NCBI GenBank assembly: GCA_964016885.1
Contig: OZ024746.1
Span: 73,718,001 to 73,782,000, forward strand
DNA length: 64,000 nucleotides
From: Eledone cirrhosa
Taxonomy: Eukaryota
Direction: 5' to 3'
Shown here: positions 28,691 to 43,987 of the stretch, in pieces
Position numbering within the stretch: the first letter of the stretch is position 1
Layout: each line of letters starts with the position of its first letter
Notes under the pieces: generated by a model
What the model was told of the DNA's origin: nothing
The model's input: only the letters and a program-made list of their open reading frames with translations
The model's database searches: none
Position numbers and translations under genes: made by a program

Positions 28691-29001
28691 GTTGGTTGTA
28701 GTAGTGTTGTTGTCTAGGGTAGGTGTGGATGTAGCGTTGGTGGAAGTAACAGATCTGTTCATATCGTACAAACTAACACCAAGGATTATCGATGGTTAGA
28801 GTAGTATCCAGGGATATAATGGTAGACAGAAATAGCAAGTGTGTATAAGTCTGTGTAAGTGTAAGCTTGTGTGTGTTAAGTGTGTTAACGTGTGGGAATG
28901 ATGTCAATGTGTATGAGAGAAAAGTGATAGATTAAATATTGATGTGAGATCAACATGATATGTATGTGTACGATACTTTGTAAGATATGGCTTATATACA
29001 T

Positions 29002-29088
<87 letters not shown>

Positions 29089-29103
29089 ATATATATATAT
29101 ATG

Positions 29104-29144
<41 letters not shown>

Positions 29145-29219
29145 TGTATATATATATCAAATAATGGTATATGTATGTGTATATACACATACATACATAC
29201 ACACAAATATATTGACTTA

Positions 29220-29282
<63 letters not shown>

Positions 29283-29314
29283 CCATATATATATATATAT
29301 ATATACATAAACAG

Positions 29315-29409
<95 letters not shown>

Positions 29410-29414
29410 AACAG

Positions 29415-29457
<43 letters not shown>

Positions 29458-29569
29458 CACATACATATATATATATATATATACATGTATGTGTAAGCAA
29501 GAATGTGAATATATGTATAAATATCCATAATCTACAAAACACACACAAATTCATATATATGTATGCGTG

Positions 29570-29701
<132 letters not shown>

Positions 29702-30260
29702 GGTATATATATATATATATATATATATATCTATCTATATATATACATATACATATATATATAGGTATAGATATATAGATATATACACACACATACACAC
29801 ACACTTAATATTCACTTATTCCAACGAGAATTGTATAATTATATATTCAAATCTATCCTACGCATACACATGCACGCACACACATATCCACACCCATAGA
29901 AAGACAAAGACACACACATTCATACAAGAACATATCTATATAGACAGATCTAGCCTCTGACATTCACGCTCATACAGACATATGTATATAAATATCACCT
30001 GATATATCTTAAGATATCAATATTATAGTATTATGTTTTGTATCTCTGGGATACGTGTTATACCACAGGATATATATTGCGATAGTGTTATATAATTGTG
30101 TTTTATAACTAATGAATACGAGATAAACCACATGATGCATCTTGTGAGGGCCGCGTTATATGAGTACTTTCAGTTACACAACTTCTCGCAAACACACATC
30201 CACTCACGCACACACTCTCTCACACAAACACAAACACATCTAACTATATATTTATGTATG

Positions 30261-30324
<64 letters not shown>

Positions 30325-30485
30325 AAAGTTGTATTTAAAATTGTTGTGATACAACAAGTAAATATTTTTATAACTGATATAAAGCACTCGACAAGTATTT
30401 GGAGTAGATATACGATATTAATAAATGGAAACTATATTTATAAAAAGGTTACGTCAAAGCTTATTTGTAAAACTGTTATATATTG

Positions 30486-30550
30486 TATTTTGTCTGATGA
30501 AGGCATACCATAATTTAATTTGGTATCCCTGAAATATGTATAATGAAATA
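30486..30550 (+). ncRNA. Minimal hammerhead ribozyme motif
   Basis: TATTTTGT-CTGATGA-AGGcATACCA/TGGTATcCCT-GAAA-TATGTA-TA-ATGAAATA; same family as 21304. Confidence 0.75.
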
Positions 30551-30589
30551 AATATGGTTTTATAAATATAGTTTCCATTTATTAATATC

Positions 30590-30623
<34 letters not shown>

Positions 30624-30805
30624 ACTTCTACATCTCCCGGTATTCAAGTTATAAAAGGACGGTTTCCTGAGCCTTCTATATATCCATATATCTATATGTC
30701 TATCTCTATTCATATATTGGCAGACTGAAAGAGGTACCATCGCGGAAACTTCGAAGTCACTAGTTCTTAGTTAACCGTTGTATGTACGAGTGTACATAAA
30801 TCTTC

Positions 30806-30905
<100 letters not shown>

Positions 30906-31415
30906 GAAATGCGAGGAAAGAATAGACAAAGAATTACCTATTTTTTCTTGTATCTGTGTGTGTATCTTATTACTTTTTGCCTTTCATCCTTACGGGGTCG
31001 ATAAAATAAAGTACCAGTAATGTACTGAGTAATTGCTGGCCTTGTGCCAAAAGTAGAAACAATTATATATATATTATAGTTTAGATACATACATACATAC
31101 ACACACACACACATATATATATATACACATATATATATACATGCACGTGTGAATATATATGTGTATATATATATGCTGTTTTATGCTGTTCGATGTTATA
31201 TAGTTTTTATAGGAGTATTTTAAAACTGGTGGATATGATACACTATGATATAACAATTTATATCACGTTATTAACATGATATGTCATGCGTTAATATGAT
31301 ATTAACGCATGGTATACCATCCAATATAACATTTATATAAACCATATGATTTATTCTCTTATAAAGGTTTATAAACTCTATCTACCACTGAGCAAAAGTT
31401 TCCATTCCCATTCAG

Positions 31416-31484
31416 AGCCAGCTGTAATAGTTGGTCTTAACGAAAATGGCAGGAGTGAGTGCTTCTACTCTCAACAGCAGCGGA
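31416..31484 (+). other. Candidate small exon that may carry a start codon (MAGVSASTLNSSG)
   Basis: Acceptor tttccattcccattcag, ATG at 31446 and donor GTAAGT at 31485, in non-repetitive DNA. No homology recognised. Confidence 0.25.
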
Positions 31485-33213
31485 GTAAGTAAGAAAATAG
31501 AAAGAGGGAACTTCCTTATAGTAATCGGATGGATCGTGAGTTGGTAGGGTTCCTCGATCGTCTTTATTTTGGGGAAGGACTGTTTATAACCAGAAGTAAT
31601 TTTCATCATGTATACTATGTATTCCTTTTTTTTCTCATCTGATTATGTAAACCCCCATATTTTTCTTAAGCAGTACAATGGATCAGATCGCAAGAGCTAA
31701 ACAACAAAGTAGGGTTGGTAATAAGACCTAAAATATACAGCCGTCGGAGTCTCCATATAATAATCTCATTTATAGGGACAAGGGACAAATAGAATAGCAA
31801 TCAATGTCTTTAGATATTGTTATTGTTGTTGTTGTTGTAGACCATAATCAAAATTATTTCAGTTGTAACTATCTAATATTGCATACGTCAGGATCTACAT
31901 TATCAAATGGCCCTTTTTTTTTTCACGTAAAAGTATTTAAGATGATTTAAGATAATTCTTCACACCACAGTAATTACTTCTGCTGACAGGCTAGACCTAG
32001 TGAGGGACTGAGCAAGTGGAAAGGAGAAGGGCACCTCTAAGCATTTCTAAGGTCCACTGAAATGCCATGATGGACACACAGTTAAACGTCTAGAATGACT
32101 TTGCAACGATTGGCTGCATCAGTTGCGGGAACTTGATTGACTGAAAGTATAATTTGAAGGAAATCTAGATCCTTTTTCCAGCCATTCGAGCAACTGCGTA
32201 GTAGTTCTCCCTTTGGTTTGTTTTCCTCCAGTAAATTATTCTGTTGTCGTTTCTAGTTTTCTGAGAATAGTATAGAAGAAAGTTGTCATCTCCATATTTG
32301 GTGTTTTATCTACATCAAAAGACTTAACATTCGTATCTGTAAACTCTGCTGTTGTTATCTCTATCTACCCAACTTCGTTTACGAATGTTTTTATACTGTT
32401 CTAGCGAAAGAATCATGTTTTTGTTTTGTCATTCTTATCACTCTATATTTTATATTATCTGTTTATGTCTCCGTACAATTCTTTTGTGAGAAGTGAGAAG
32501 ATTCTTTTGTTCATAAACACTTTGGTGATTGAGTCCAAATTTCTTACACAAGCTTTTCTGTTATTTTACTGATGTCTGTAGATATTATTGAGGCATGTGT
32601 GGTTTAGTTTTTCTTTTGGTTTGGCTTTTGTCACAAATAATAGAGGCCACTTAATGTTTTCGTTTTATAAGCTTTCTTATTGACTTTTTCACATATGCTC
32701 TGCTGTTTATTATTTTCAGAACTGTTTTTTTCTCTTCTGAAAATTGCATGTTTCTCAAGCAGTAACCATGGCAGAAATTCAAACAGTTTATCTATTACTA
32801 TCGGCTCTTAAACATAAACAGACGAAAACGCAAACAGACACACATATGCACACACACACACACACACGATCATATGTATGGAGCCCCACCCCATATATTA
32901 CCTATCAATAGAACTAACGTTATTTCTACATCTAATTTTCATTTTGAATGTAGCCTTCTCTCTTGTTTTTAAATGCAAGATATAGTCAAATGTTACCATT
33001 TGTACGGTCAAAATCAACAATGGCAAGTAGTAGAGTTATTTGTGAGTCGCTAAGTCAGTTTGTAGCATTGATAGCCGCCTTCTTAAACTGACACTTAATA
33101 GTCCGCTATAACATTATGTTCCAGAGATATATAGTCGTTGACTGTTTGTCTTGTGTAGCATGTATGTGGTGTCTGGTGTCTTAGTAAATACCTCGCATTA
33201 TGTTTTCCCGATT

Positions 33214-33432
33214 AAGGGTGGATTGACAGTATCAGTAGAGCGTCGGACAACAGGCTTTGAGGCACGCAGTTACGTCCCTTTGTGTTCTGAGTTCAAATCA
33301 CGCCGAGGTCAGCTTTGCCTTTCATCCTTATGGGGTCGATAAAATAAAGTACCAGTAACGCACTCGTGTCGATTTAATTGATTTCCCCTCTCTCAGAATT
33401 GTTGGCCATGTGGTTAAATTAGAAACCGTTAT
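33214..33432 (+). mobile_element. Same SINE family, longer variant
   Basis: Shared head and central domain. Confidence 0.75.
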
Positions 33433-35010
33433 GTCTTCTGGATTCTACGTTTGTTGCATTCCAGTTCAGAACTATAGACTGATGCTGAAAATATGATAAT
33501 GTCGCAGATGATATTTTTGCAACTGAAATAGGTTTTCGAAAGATGTTGATTTTGTCAAAATATTCCCTTTTCATTCTCATTCACACAGATTGTACGGTAA
33601 CAATTTTACCTTCATTTATGTCTAAGGATATTTAGCAAGTAGAATTCAAAAACTTCTGCGTTCCCTTCACTCCCTAAAGTTTAAAACAATTTGCTCGACT
33701 TTCAAGTCTGAATTGTTGAATAGATAAATCATCACTATCTTGCATTTCTTTGGTCCAAAGTTTACCTTAATGCTGCTACTAACATTATTTGTCATAACTG
33801 AGGATACTACAATATTTGGTTATCTATGATAAGAAGATTGTGAAGGAGCACAGTCCTCAATCAACTCATATAGTACACCAAATTGACTTCTATTCTGCCA
33901 ACGTAAAGAAAACAACATGTCTGATATTTCTGGCATCTCTGTGTAAGTGTGTGAATACAAATATTTATGTACACATTTACATATACACGAACGCTTACAT
34001 ATATCCAGAGGCATATATGACTATAATTTAATATGTTTACTTTTATATAGTTTGATATTTAGTTGTTCAAAAAGGCAGATAATAAACTAGATATCTAAAA
34101 CAATCCATTCTCAGTTAGGATAATGTAGGAAACTTAGATACGATGTGGATAAACAACAGTCTTACAACAGACATATGCACACAGGCACGCTAACTCACAC
34201 ACACAGGCATTTACGAACATGCGTACATGCAACCCACACAAGCATACACACACAAATATATAAAATACATACAGAAGAATAATTTAAAAAAAAAAAGGAA
34301 TTTTATAAAATATAATTAGTTTCGATGTAAACCATCTTATCAAATATTAAATATTACAATTAAAATAAAAAAAAAAAACAAGAATTACAAATTAAGTGTT
34401 GAACAGGCCGTCTTCAACACTTAATTTTGAATTCTGTTTTATTTTTTATTTTATTTTAATTGTCATATTTAATAGTTGATAAGATTGATTACGTCGAAAC
34501 TGATTATATTTTATATATTTTATAAAACTCCTTTTTTAAAAAAAAACTTGTTCTCTATGTATGTTTGTGTCTGTATTTATGTTCCCTAAATTACCGTTCG
34601 AAAAATGTATTGATAAGATAAGTACCAGACATGAAAATATATGTACCGGGGTTGATATGATCGAGTAAATCAATGCGGTGTCCCAACATAACGACAGTCT
34701 GATAACTGAAACTATTAAAATAATAAAAGAATATATACATATATCTATACATACAAACATATATCTATGTGTGTATGTGAGTATGTGCATGCGCATGGTA
34801 TTATGTTTATTTTTGTTTTTTTTTAAATAAAACGAATTCTCCAGCAGATTGCGACGATTAGTATTCTAGTGATTTAAGCATCTGAACTACCTCTTCATTG
34901 AAATATTGCGTATTTGATTAAGATTTCAAAAGAAATGTGTACCTTAAATCTAAGAAGTTTTCATGTGAAGTCAACATTTTATATCTAATAGTTTTACTTA
35001 GTAAGTTGCT

Positions 35011-35098
35011 TTTGCTGATGAGAGCTTTAATAAAAATAACTTGATCACTTGCTTGTGGTGAATCGCTAAGATCGAAACTGAGAACTCACAGTTGCAAA
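35011..35098 (+). ncRNA. Degenerate hammerhead-like motif
   Basis: TTTG-CTGATGA-ga...tc-GAAA-CTG/CAG-TT-gCAAA. Confidence 0.45.
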
Positions 35099-35151
35099 TT
35101 CATATCCACACATACACACATATACATGTTAGCACTCACTCCTACACGCAT

Positions 35152-35299
<148 letters not shown>

Positions 35300-35944
35300 A
35301 ATAATAAGTTTGAAGACTAAAATCCAAAGAGGGCTCGATAAGGATAAATATATATCAAATATATAAGAACCGTAGATCAAATATTTATTAAAATAACAGA
35401 TTAAAGTTTAAGCAAAGAATCGCTGCTTTCACCCTTAACGGGATCTTCTGAAACTAACAAAGTCAATCTGTAAACGCAGAACTGGATATTTCGAAGAACG
35501 TTGCAACCGGAGGAAGACAGGAAGACGATACTTTGGTTCGTGGAAACGTTCGCTGGCAAAGAACGGGAAAAAACGAATATAATACGTCATTATTTGGAGC
35601 GGTGAAAAACAATTACACTCAAAGACAGAACTACGTTTATGGTATAAAAGAAGTCGTAGACTAATATTCTCTTAGGTGGTTCTTAGAGACGTTCTCTGGC
35701 AATGAACGGAAAAAAGGAAGATAATACGTCATATGTGGAGCGTGGAGAACAATTGCACGCAAAGACAAAACCACGTAAATGGTATAACAGAAGTCGTAGA
35801 CTAAAATTCTAACTAGGAAACCGAATGATTCTCCACTTCAGAGTTAAGAATAAAGTAAATAAAATACAGAGGTAATTGAAATTAAATAAATACATACACG
35901 CATCCAAATACGATTCTTTGCTTAAACTTTAATCTGTTATTTTA

Positions 35945-36029
<85 letters not shown>

Positions 36030-36211
36030 GGAGGTGAGTTTTATTGTAGTACAATAAAGCAATGCAGATATCGGATAAGTAGCACTCTACAGTTTGTAGG
36101 ACTGGAGTATAAATAATATATAAGATCAAAAGATGGTCTTTGATCATGATGATATTTGTTTTTGAAATGCGCATAATAAAATACATGGAACTCTTTTAAC
36201 CATCTTTTGAT

Positions 36212-36253
<42 letters not shown>

Positions 36254-36288
36254 TGTGTGTGTTTATGCGTGTAGGAGTGAGTGCTAAC

Positions 36289-36340
<52 letters not shown>

Positions 36341-36647
36341 AAAAAAAGATGAAATCGAAAATGCAGCTGGAGTCTTATTTAAAAAAAAAAAAATATATAT
36401 TTATTTGGTTCCTTTACTGGTTTCGCAGTTCTTATGCTTTTCAAAAGTAGAGTTGAGATGGAGGGTCTGTGGTTTTTCTCACAAAAAACCACAGACCCTC
36501 CATCTCAACCGGTAAAGGAACCAAATAAATATATATATTAAAAAAAAAATAAGACTCCAGTTGCCTTTTCGATTTCACCTTTTTTTCTTTATACTTTCAC
36601 TCATGTAGAACACCTCGGTTATTTTTCATTTTGTAAAAAAACCTCAC

Positions 36648-36704
<57 letters not shown>

Positions 36705-37143
36705 GAGAAGAAAGAAGAATACTGCGTGGTTGCACATGGGTTACATATGATAAAAATAGTCCTTCGTCAGTGATTTTCCAACCATCATTGGTATATCATC
36801 GCAGATACCTCAGGTTGGTACCTCAGGTTGGTGCGAGCAATAACTAAAAAAGGTTATTGGGACCAGTAATTCGCGTAAAGCGAGGGGGACAAGTAAACAA
36901 CATAGAAGGATAAAAGCAAACCGAAGATAAGAAAATTAACAAGCAACATGGTTGTCCGGTCAGCATAAGCTGGGTGGATTTCATGAGCCAGAGAGGTACA
37001 GACCGTCCGATGTGTGTGAGATGTAAGCAAGAAGAGACCCACTACAAGCCAAACGGGAGGAAGTGAGAAGGGGAGAAACAGAGAGTGAGTGAGTGGAAGT
37101 GTGAGGAAGAGGTCAGTCGAGAGAAAGTGTAACTGACAGAGGA

Positions 37144-37186
<43 letters not shown>

Positions 37187-37188
<2 letters not shown>

Positions 37189-37791
37189 TGGCTGCCAACT
37201 CGTTTTCGAGTACGGCCACTACTTTATATCCATGTAGGAGAACCCCTACCGATGCGCTGAACGAGTGTGACTTTTTAGTCCAGCCAGCGACTTGAAAACT
37301 CTGGTACAAACACTACACTTGTGACAATTATTGACACATAGTGCTGGGCCCTTGGTACCATGTGACAAGTGCAGAGAGATCTCCAGATATAAAGCAATGC
37401 CTGTGCCGTGAAGCTTTTATAGTGAGCAAAGGCACTGCACAAAGCCAGTCCCACTCTCTTAACCAAGATGATATTTACCAAAAAGAAGAACAAGTCAACA
37501 TCATTGGATACCATCAGGGTTGCAGGTGTTATATCAGAGTTTTCCTTCTCCTAGAATTCTGCCTTGACAAAGGCTAAGAGGTCATCTCTCCCGGTGATTT
37601 TGGATGGCCATTGACTCTTACGAGCTCCTTTGCCCTTTGACAGGTTTTGTTTTTAGTCCTGCAGGATGTCCAAAGTCACCCTCCTCACCAAGAAACCTTG
37701 GTGGGGTTGTCAGTTTAGTCGCCAACGACCCGACCATGAGACAGGTTGTACTGGGATACATGTTACCAGTAGCACCAACTGGTGACCTGAC

Positions 37792-37795
<4 letters not shown>
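37187..37795 (-). mobile_element. RTE derivative copy 3, full length, in a (TA)n tract
   Basis: Near-identical to 187-797; (TA)n on both sides. Confidence 0.85.
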
Positions 37796-37830
<35 letters not shown>

Positions 37831-37970
37831 GCACACATATATATATGTACGTATGGATTTACCGAACATTTATTATAATACTCGGTGTGTTTGTAAACAA
37901 ACATCCCGAATTATGCCGTATAGTGTTTAGCAACCATCGTTGCCCCTTTGTTCAACACTGACAAATGAGC

Positions 37971-38009
37971 GATGTACTAGTTTCAAGCTTATTAGCTATC
38001 GTCAGCACC
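37971..38009 (-). ncRNA. Minimal hammerhead ribozyme motif
   Basis: GGTG-CTGACGA-tAGCT aata AGCTt-GAAA-CTAG-TA-CATC; GUA site with palindromic ACTAGT. Confidence 0.75.
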
Positions 38010-38162
38010 GTGTACCTTCCTGCCAGATGATTGAACGTCTGAAAGTATATACTTTCCTTATGCATATTAACGGCTGAGCCTAATTTGCATATCGAGTGAG
38101 TTAATCGGCCGGGCACACCGAAAACGATAAACGGAAAAAATGAAACGAAATTTCATTTCTCA

Positions 38163-38228
<66 letters not shown>

Positions 38229-38373
38229 ACACTTTGGGAGGGTCATGTTGCCAATAAGAAACACACGCACCAGTTGCTTTCACTTCAATTTATTATAATA
38301 AATTTATAAATTTAGGAATTTATAAATTTCTGGTTGGTTGGTTGGTTCCACAACCAGATAGTTGTTTATATAT

Positions 38374-38418
38374 TGTCAAAGTTCTTTCGTCACACATTCT
38401 GTGACCTCTTCAGTGACT
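38374..38418 (-). ncRNA. Hammerhead motif, copy of 4285
   Basis: AGTCA-CTGAAGA-gGTCAC/GTGAC-GAAA-GAAC-TT-TGAC. Confidence 0.65.
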
Positions 38419-38519
38419 GGGGATTCTTTTCTTTGTTTTTGTGCCTCTCCTTTGTTCTGTCCTACGCCAAACAAAATGGCGTAGGACAGAACAAAAGAAT
38501 CTTGCTAAACAAATTCAGA

Positions 38520-38583
<64 letters not shown>

Positions 38584-38852
38584 ATAATAATAAATGTGAA
38601 GACTAAAATCTTTGCTTAAACTTTAATCTGTTATTTTAATATATATATATACGGGGAACTGACTAAGCGAATTTCGTTGAAATCTGCGGTAGCCAATGGT
38701 CAACTTCCTTCGGACCTGCGCCTGCGCAGACCGGTGGGGATGAATTGGTACTCACAGGGGAATGGATGAAGAACCCAAGAGCACACACTTCGTCCGTTCC
38801 CATGTCGATTCAATTTGGATTGCCTCGGAAACATAACCTTATTATGTAACAA

Positions 38853-38926
38853 GCTGTCTGACGATGTCGCGACACTGGCGCACGGAACAGTGTGGCCACT
38901 GTCGCCATTGAAATATATATCACAGC
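38853..38926 (+). ncRNA. Hammerhead ribozyme motif with extended stem II
   Basis: GCTGT-CTGACGA-long hairpin-GAAA-T ATAT A-TC-ACAGC; AUC site. Confidence 0.8.
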
Positions 38927-38931
38927 ATTAC

Positions 38932-39120
38932 TGTGGATTGGCAGTATCGGTAGAGGGTCGGACGCCATGCTTTCCAGCATAGTTACGTCCCTTTACGATC
39001 TGAGTTCAAATCCCGCCGAGGTTGACTTTGCCTTTCATCCTTACGGGGTCGATAAAATAAAGTACCAGTAATGCACTGGGTAATTGCTGGCCTTGTGCCT
39101 AAAGTAGAAACAGTTATTAT
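38932..39120 (+). mobile_element. Same SINE family, inserted in a hammerhead-bearing element
   Basis: High identity to the other copies; the flanks are contiguous in the related copy at 43935-44065. Confidence 0.85.
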
Positions 39121-39239
39121 TAAAAGACCTGAACATCTGAAACTACTTCGCTTTTCCTTATTCGATATTTACTCCGTCACTCCTATGTGGAATACGTACG
39201 TTGAGTGCTTGAATTGAATTGCATCAATATTTACCCTAA

Positions 39240-39288
<49 letters not shown>

Positions 39289-39533
39289 TTGGTGCTCTGA
39301 AATAGCGATGTATATATGAATGTATATATAGTGTTTTTGGTAATACACTGTATGCATAATTAAAAGCATTTTGAAGACCTTACGCTATTGTTTTAAAGTA
39401 GTGACTATGTCACTTACTTCTTTTTTCAACAAACAAAGGGAGATAAGCTGACAGATCTCTGTTTCATACTGATTATTACTGGAATTCTATAAGAATCCAA
39501 CATTCATAATTTTTCAACAGCCAAGGGGAGTGC

Positions 39534-39581
39534 TAAGCTCTGAGGAATACCAACAGTATGAAACAGAGATCTGTCAGCTTA
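39534..39581 (+). ncRNA. Canonical-looking type-I hammerhead ribozyme
   Basis: TAAGCT-CTGAGGA-ATAC caaca GTAT-GAAA-CAG agat CTG-TC-AGCTTA; all three stems pair, GUC site. Confidence 0.85.
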
Positions 39582-39711
39582 TCTCCCTTTGTTGAAAAAA
39601 GAAGTAGGTGACATAGTCACTACGTTAAAACAATAGCATAAGGTCTTTAATTAAGCATACAGTGTATTACCAAATACACTATATATACATTCATATATTT
39701 ATATATATACA

Positions 39712-39828
<117 letters not shown>

Positions 39829-39915
39829 ATATGTATATATATATATTTATATTTATATATATACATATATATATAAATATATATTTATATATATATATGT
39901 ATATATATAAATATA

Positions 39916-40017
39916 CAGGGTGTCCCTCAAAATGTATGCACACTTATGATTATCTGTACAGGCAATATTTATTAGAATGCTGTTGAAGTGTGTATACATT
40001 TTTTTGGGACACCCTTT
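39916..40017. mobile_element. Tc1/mariner-type MITE of about 100 bp
   Basis: TIRs CAGGGTGTCCC...AAATGTAT / ATACATTTTTTTGGGACACCCT with TA flanks. Confidence 0.75.
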
Positions 40018-40721
40018 ATATATAACACATTTCATGCATACACACATACAGATATATGTGTGCATGTGTATATGTGTATGAGATTTTACACGCACACACA
40101 TGCACGCGACCCTTGTGTTGCCTTTAACGACAATCCATCCACCCAGTTGCAAGAATCCATTATAAGCCAACCTCCAGTCTAAGATTAAGAAGGCGGCGAA
40201 TTGGCAGAATCGTTAGAATGTTTGGTAAAATGTTTTGCGATATTTGTTCCGCTTCACTGCACACTGACTTCAAAACTGGGATCGGCTCATGCTCCCTATC
40301 CCACACTTCTTCTCTACTTCTCTTTTCCTTTTTATCTGGTAAAATCTGGAGAGGAATGGACTCCCCCAGGTATATAATGCCCATGTCCCTACGACACCCC
40401 TACGACACCACCGAGAGTTATGAGTCCGTATATAAATCCTGAGGATAAGATTTCCCTGTCTTTCATCGATCAGGCATTAAACACCTGAAAAAAAAAAAAA
40501 AAAAATCATTGTCGCTGCCGTTGATACACAAACACACATGGAATGGACCTCCCTTCGTTCAACGGAAAAGTCTGCTTAATAAATTAACGTGTATGTGGCA
40601 GAACATTCACCAGGCACTGGTACCTTTAACGTAGTCCTGAGAGGGATTCAGCGTGACATAGTACATAGCAGTGTTGACCCTGTGAATTATAAGTAACAGC
40701 CCATCCAACGAGCTTCTAAAC

Positions 40722-41038
40722 CAGGGGTGTGCAACATATTCCATTGGCGGGCCAATTATGAACATTGGAACAACTATTAGGGCCATTAATATTCATTAAG
40801 CACTATTCCAAAGATTCACCACAACTTTTTTCCATAACATGGAACTGGGAAATTATAACACACATAACCTATCAGTGAAGTTCTTTAGTAAAGGTCAACT
40901 AACATAAAATTGTATTACGTTACGAAAAAAATTCTAAATAAGCCTACAAGGTAAAAATTAAAAACGGTCATCGCGTGCAACTCTGATTGGACTGGCGGGC
41001 CGGGTTGTGGCCCGCGGGCCGCCTATTGCATGCCCCTG
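40722..41038. mobile_element. hAT (Charlie-like) MITE
   Basis: Ends CAGGGGTGTGCAA / TTGCATGCCCCTG, subterminal GCGGGCC motifs and a perfect 8-bp TSD TTCTAAAC (40714-40721 and 41039-41046). Inserted in an older SINE-like sequence. Confidence 0.9.
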
Positions 41039-42077
41039 TTCTAAACGGTTTCTGCCAACTCAATTTTACTCACAAGGCATAGAGCGATCCTTGGCTATGA
41101 TAAATGCCATTTGTCCGCATGCCACGCAGCGGGATCGATCCCGGAACCCAATGATTGCGAAGTAAGCTTCTTAATCATTCGGTCATGCTGCATCCATGAC
41201 AGACACAGAGACAGCGGTAACTTGGAGTAAGTTTATTAGCTGCTACGTGTGTAGATCTATTTTACAGCCAGTTCTGTGTACGTGTGTTTAACTCTGTAGA
41301 TTACAACGCCAATCTATTACATTAGTATTGCTATTATGTAACAGAATCGTTATAACGGCAAACAATATGCGTAGTGGTCCTCCGACTTCTTACGTTCGTA
41401 GTTCGAATTCTACCGGAGTTAACCTTGCATTTTCTCTTCCAGGAATATGTATTTAAGTCATTTCTATTGGTATCATTTAACAGTATAGTTAGTGCGACAT
41501 ATAAAGTTCCTTATGGTATTACTACCAACTTTTTACTGAGTTAAAATACCATCAAAGTCAAAGTTACTTTATATTATTCATGGGATGACAAAATATAAAA
41601 AGTCGTCACTGGGGTAAATTTAATAGAACATATTCTTCGCCCAAAACGTGTTGACTTGTCAGAAATCATAATGTAACATTAAGTATTCTAATACAAACAC
41701 AAATATACAAACACACTCCCAAACAGTTATACACATACACACACATGCAGATATACAAGCGCACAAGAGCCAAGCAAAGAGCTTCTACAGAGTCATTCGA
41801 TATGGTAGAAATAGCAGCGAAATCTCTTTCACATCATAATCTATGCTTTAGAAAAGAAAAGAAATATTGGATAATGTAATCCGTGTTAGATATACTCTGC
41901 CAGAATAAATGACAGGATGGTCATGGCTAAAATGTATTTGATATGTCAGTTTAAAAATACTAACCTGGAACTAAAGAAACAACAACATATAGAAGTACTC
42001 ACGGACCGGTACTGAGAGTCGACTCGCGCTAATACGTAAGAGAACTTGCGCACCAATTAATACGCCCATACTTATGG

Positions 42078-42127
<50 letters not shown>

Positions 42128-42329
42128 ATATACGTGTGTGTGCCTACATATATATATATATTATATGTGTGTATATATACACATCCCGCCCCACTCTCTC
42201 TCTCTTTATATATATATATATATAGGAACGAGTAGGACCTACTCGTTCCTATTACCCACTCTACTACCCTAAGTATTGAGTACTTTGGTGCATTATGGTC
42301 CACCTGGTTCCTTACCACATTTCCTTCGT

Positions 42330-42361
<32 letters not shown>

Positions 42362-42643
42362 TCAGAATTTTACCAGTATTAAATTAGTAAGACCATTTTC
42401 AGCAGAGTACTGGATACTTGGAATAGAACAGTGTAAATACATTAGAAGGTCGGGACCCGACACTTGAACTCTTGTCGTTTCGACAACAAATTTCATAGTC
42501 TGGAAATCGGTGTTGAAACGGCAAGAGGTTAGCCGTCGGGCACCGAGTCTCTAGTCAACATGAATGTCCTGTTATTTTTATCTAAAGACATTTTTTACAA
42601 TTCCAACCCGCCCGTCTCCACAATATATTTTATTTCTCATTCT

Positions 42644-42680
42644 TTCATCTGATGAAGGACTAGCGTCCGAAACGTTAAGA
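42644..42680 (+). ncRNA. Hammerhead-like motif, weak stem I
   Basis: CTGATGA-a-GGAC tagc GTCC-GAAA-CGTT. Confidence 0.5.
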
Positions 42681-42760
42681 CCCTCTTCTTGCTATATCAA
42701 GCGTTAACCTAATATATACCTTCCATATACTGTACCGATTGTGTTGGTATTTCTGTTTAG

Positions 42761-42894
<134 letters not shown>

Positions 42895-43081
42895 AACCAG
42901 TAGGACCTCGACAGCTGAGCTCAAGCCGTTTCGACGGCTAATTCAGTCCAGAATTAGCCGTCGAAACGGCTTGAGCTCAGCCGTCGGGGTCCTACTCGTT
43001 CCTATTACCCACTCTACTACCCTAAGTATTGAGTACTTTGGTGCGTTATGGTCCACCTGGTTCCTTACCACATTTCTTTCG

Positions 43082-43167
<86 letters not shown>

Positions 43168-43338
43168 CAAAGAACAAAGAAGAAGTGGTAAAATACCAGG
43201 TGGACCATAATGCACCAGAATAATCAATACATAGGGTCGTAGAGTGGGTAATAGGAACAGAATCACAGTACCCCGACGGCTGAGCTCAGGATCTAGCTGT
43301 TCTAACGGCCTGAGCTCAGCCGTCAGGGTCCTGATTCT

Positions 43339-43385
<47 letters not shown>

Positions 43386-43507
43386 ATATACATATATACT
43401 CTCACCCTCTCCGACACATATATTATGCTTCACCCCATTCATAGAGTACTCCCCTGATTTGTGATCTCCTCGGGTTCAGCACTCCAGGTTCAGCACCTCA
43501 GGTTTTA

Positions 43508-43632
<125 letters not shown>

Positions 43633-43658
43633 TTATATTCTTTCTCTCGCTACCCCTT

Positions 43659-43721
<63 letters not shown>

Positions 43722-43722
43722 A

Positions 43723-43782
<60 letters not shown>

Positions 43783-43827
43783 TTATATGTATATGTATGT
43801 ATATATATATATATTTATATGTATATG

Positions 43828-43923
<96 letters not shown>

Positions 43924-43987
43924 ATATAGAATATATAGAATAAGGAAAAGCGAAGTAGTTTCAGATGTTCAAGTCCTTTAATAATAA

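Noticed and set aside
27261-28771. Long Asp/Val/His/Ser-rich ORFs on both strands
   Set aside because: Open in several frames because of trinucleotide repeats; no recognisable domain or splice context.
30716-30765. Hammerhead at CTGAAAGA...GAAACTTCGAAGTC
   Set aside because: Stem III and the GUC site look right, but stems I and II do not pair; at most a decayed copy, so not counted.
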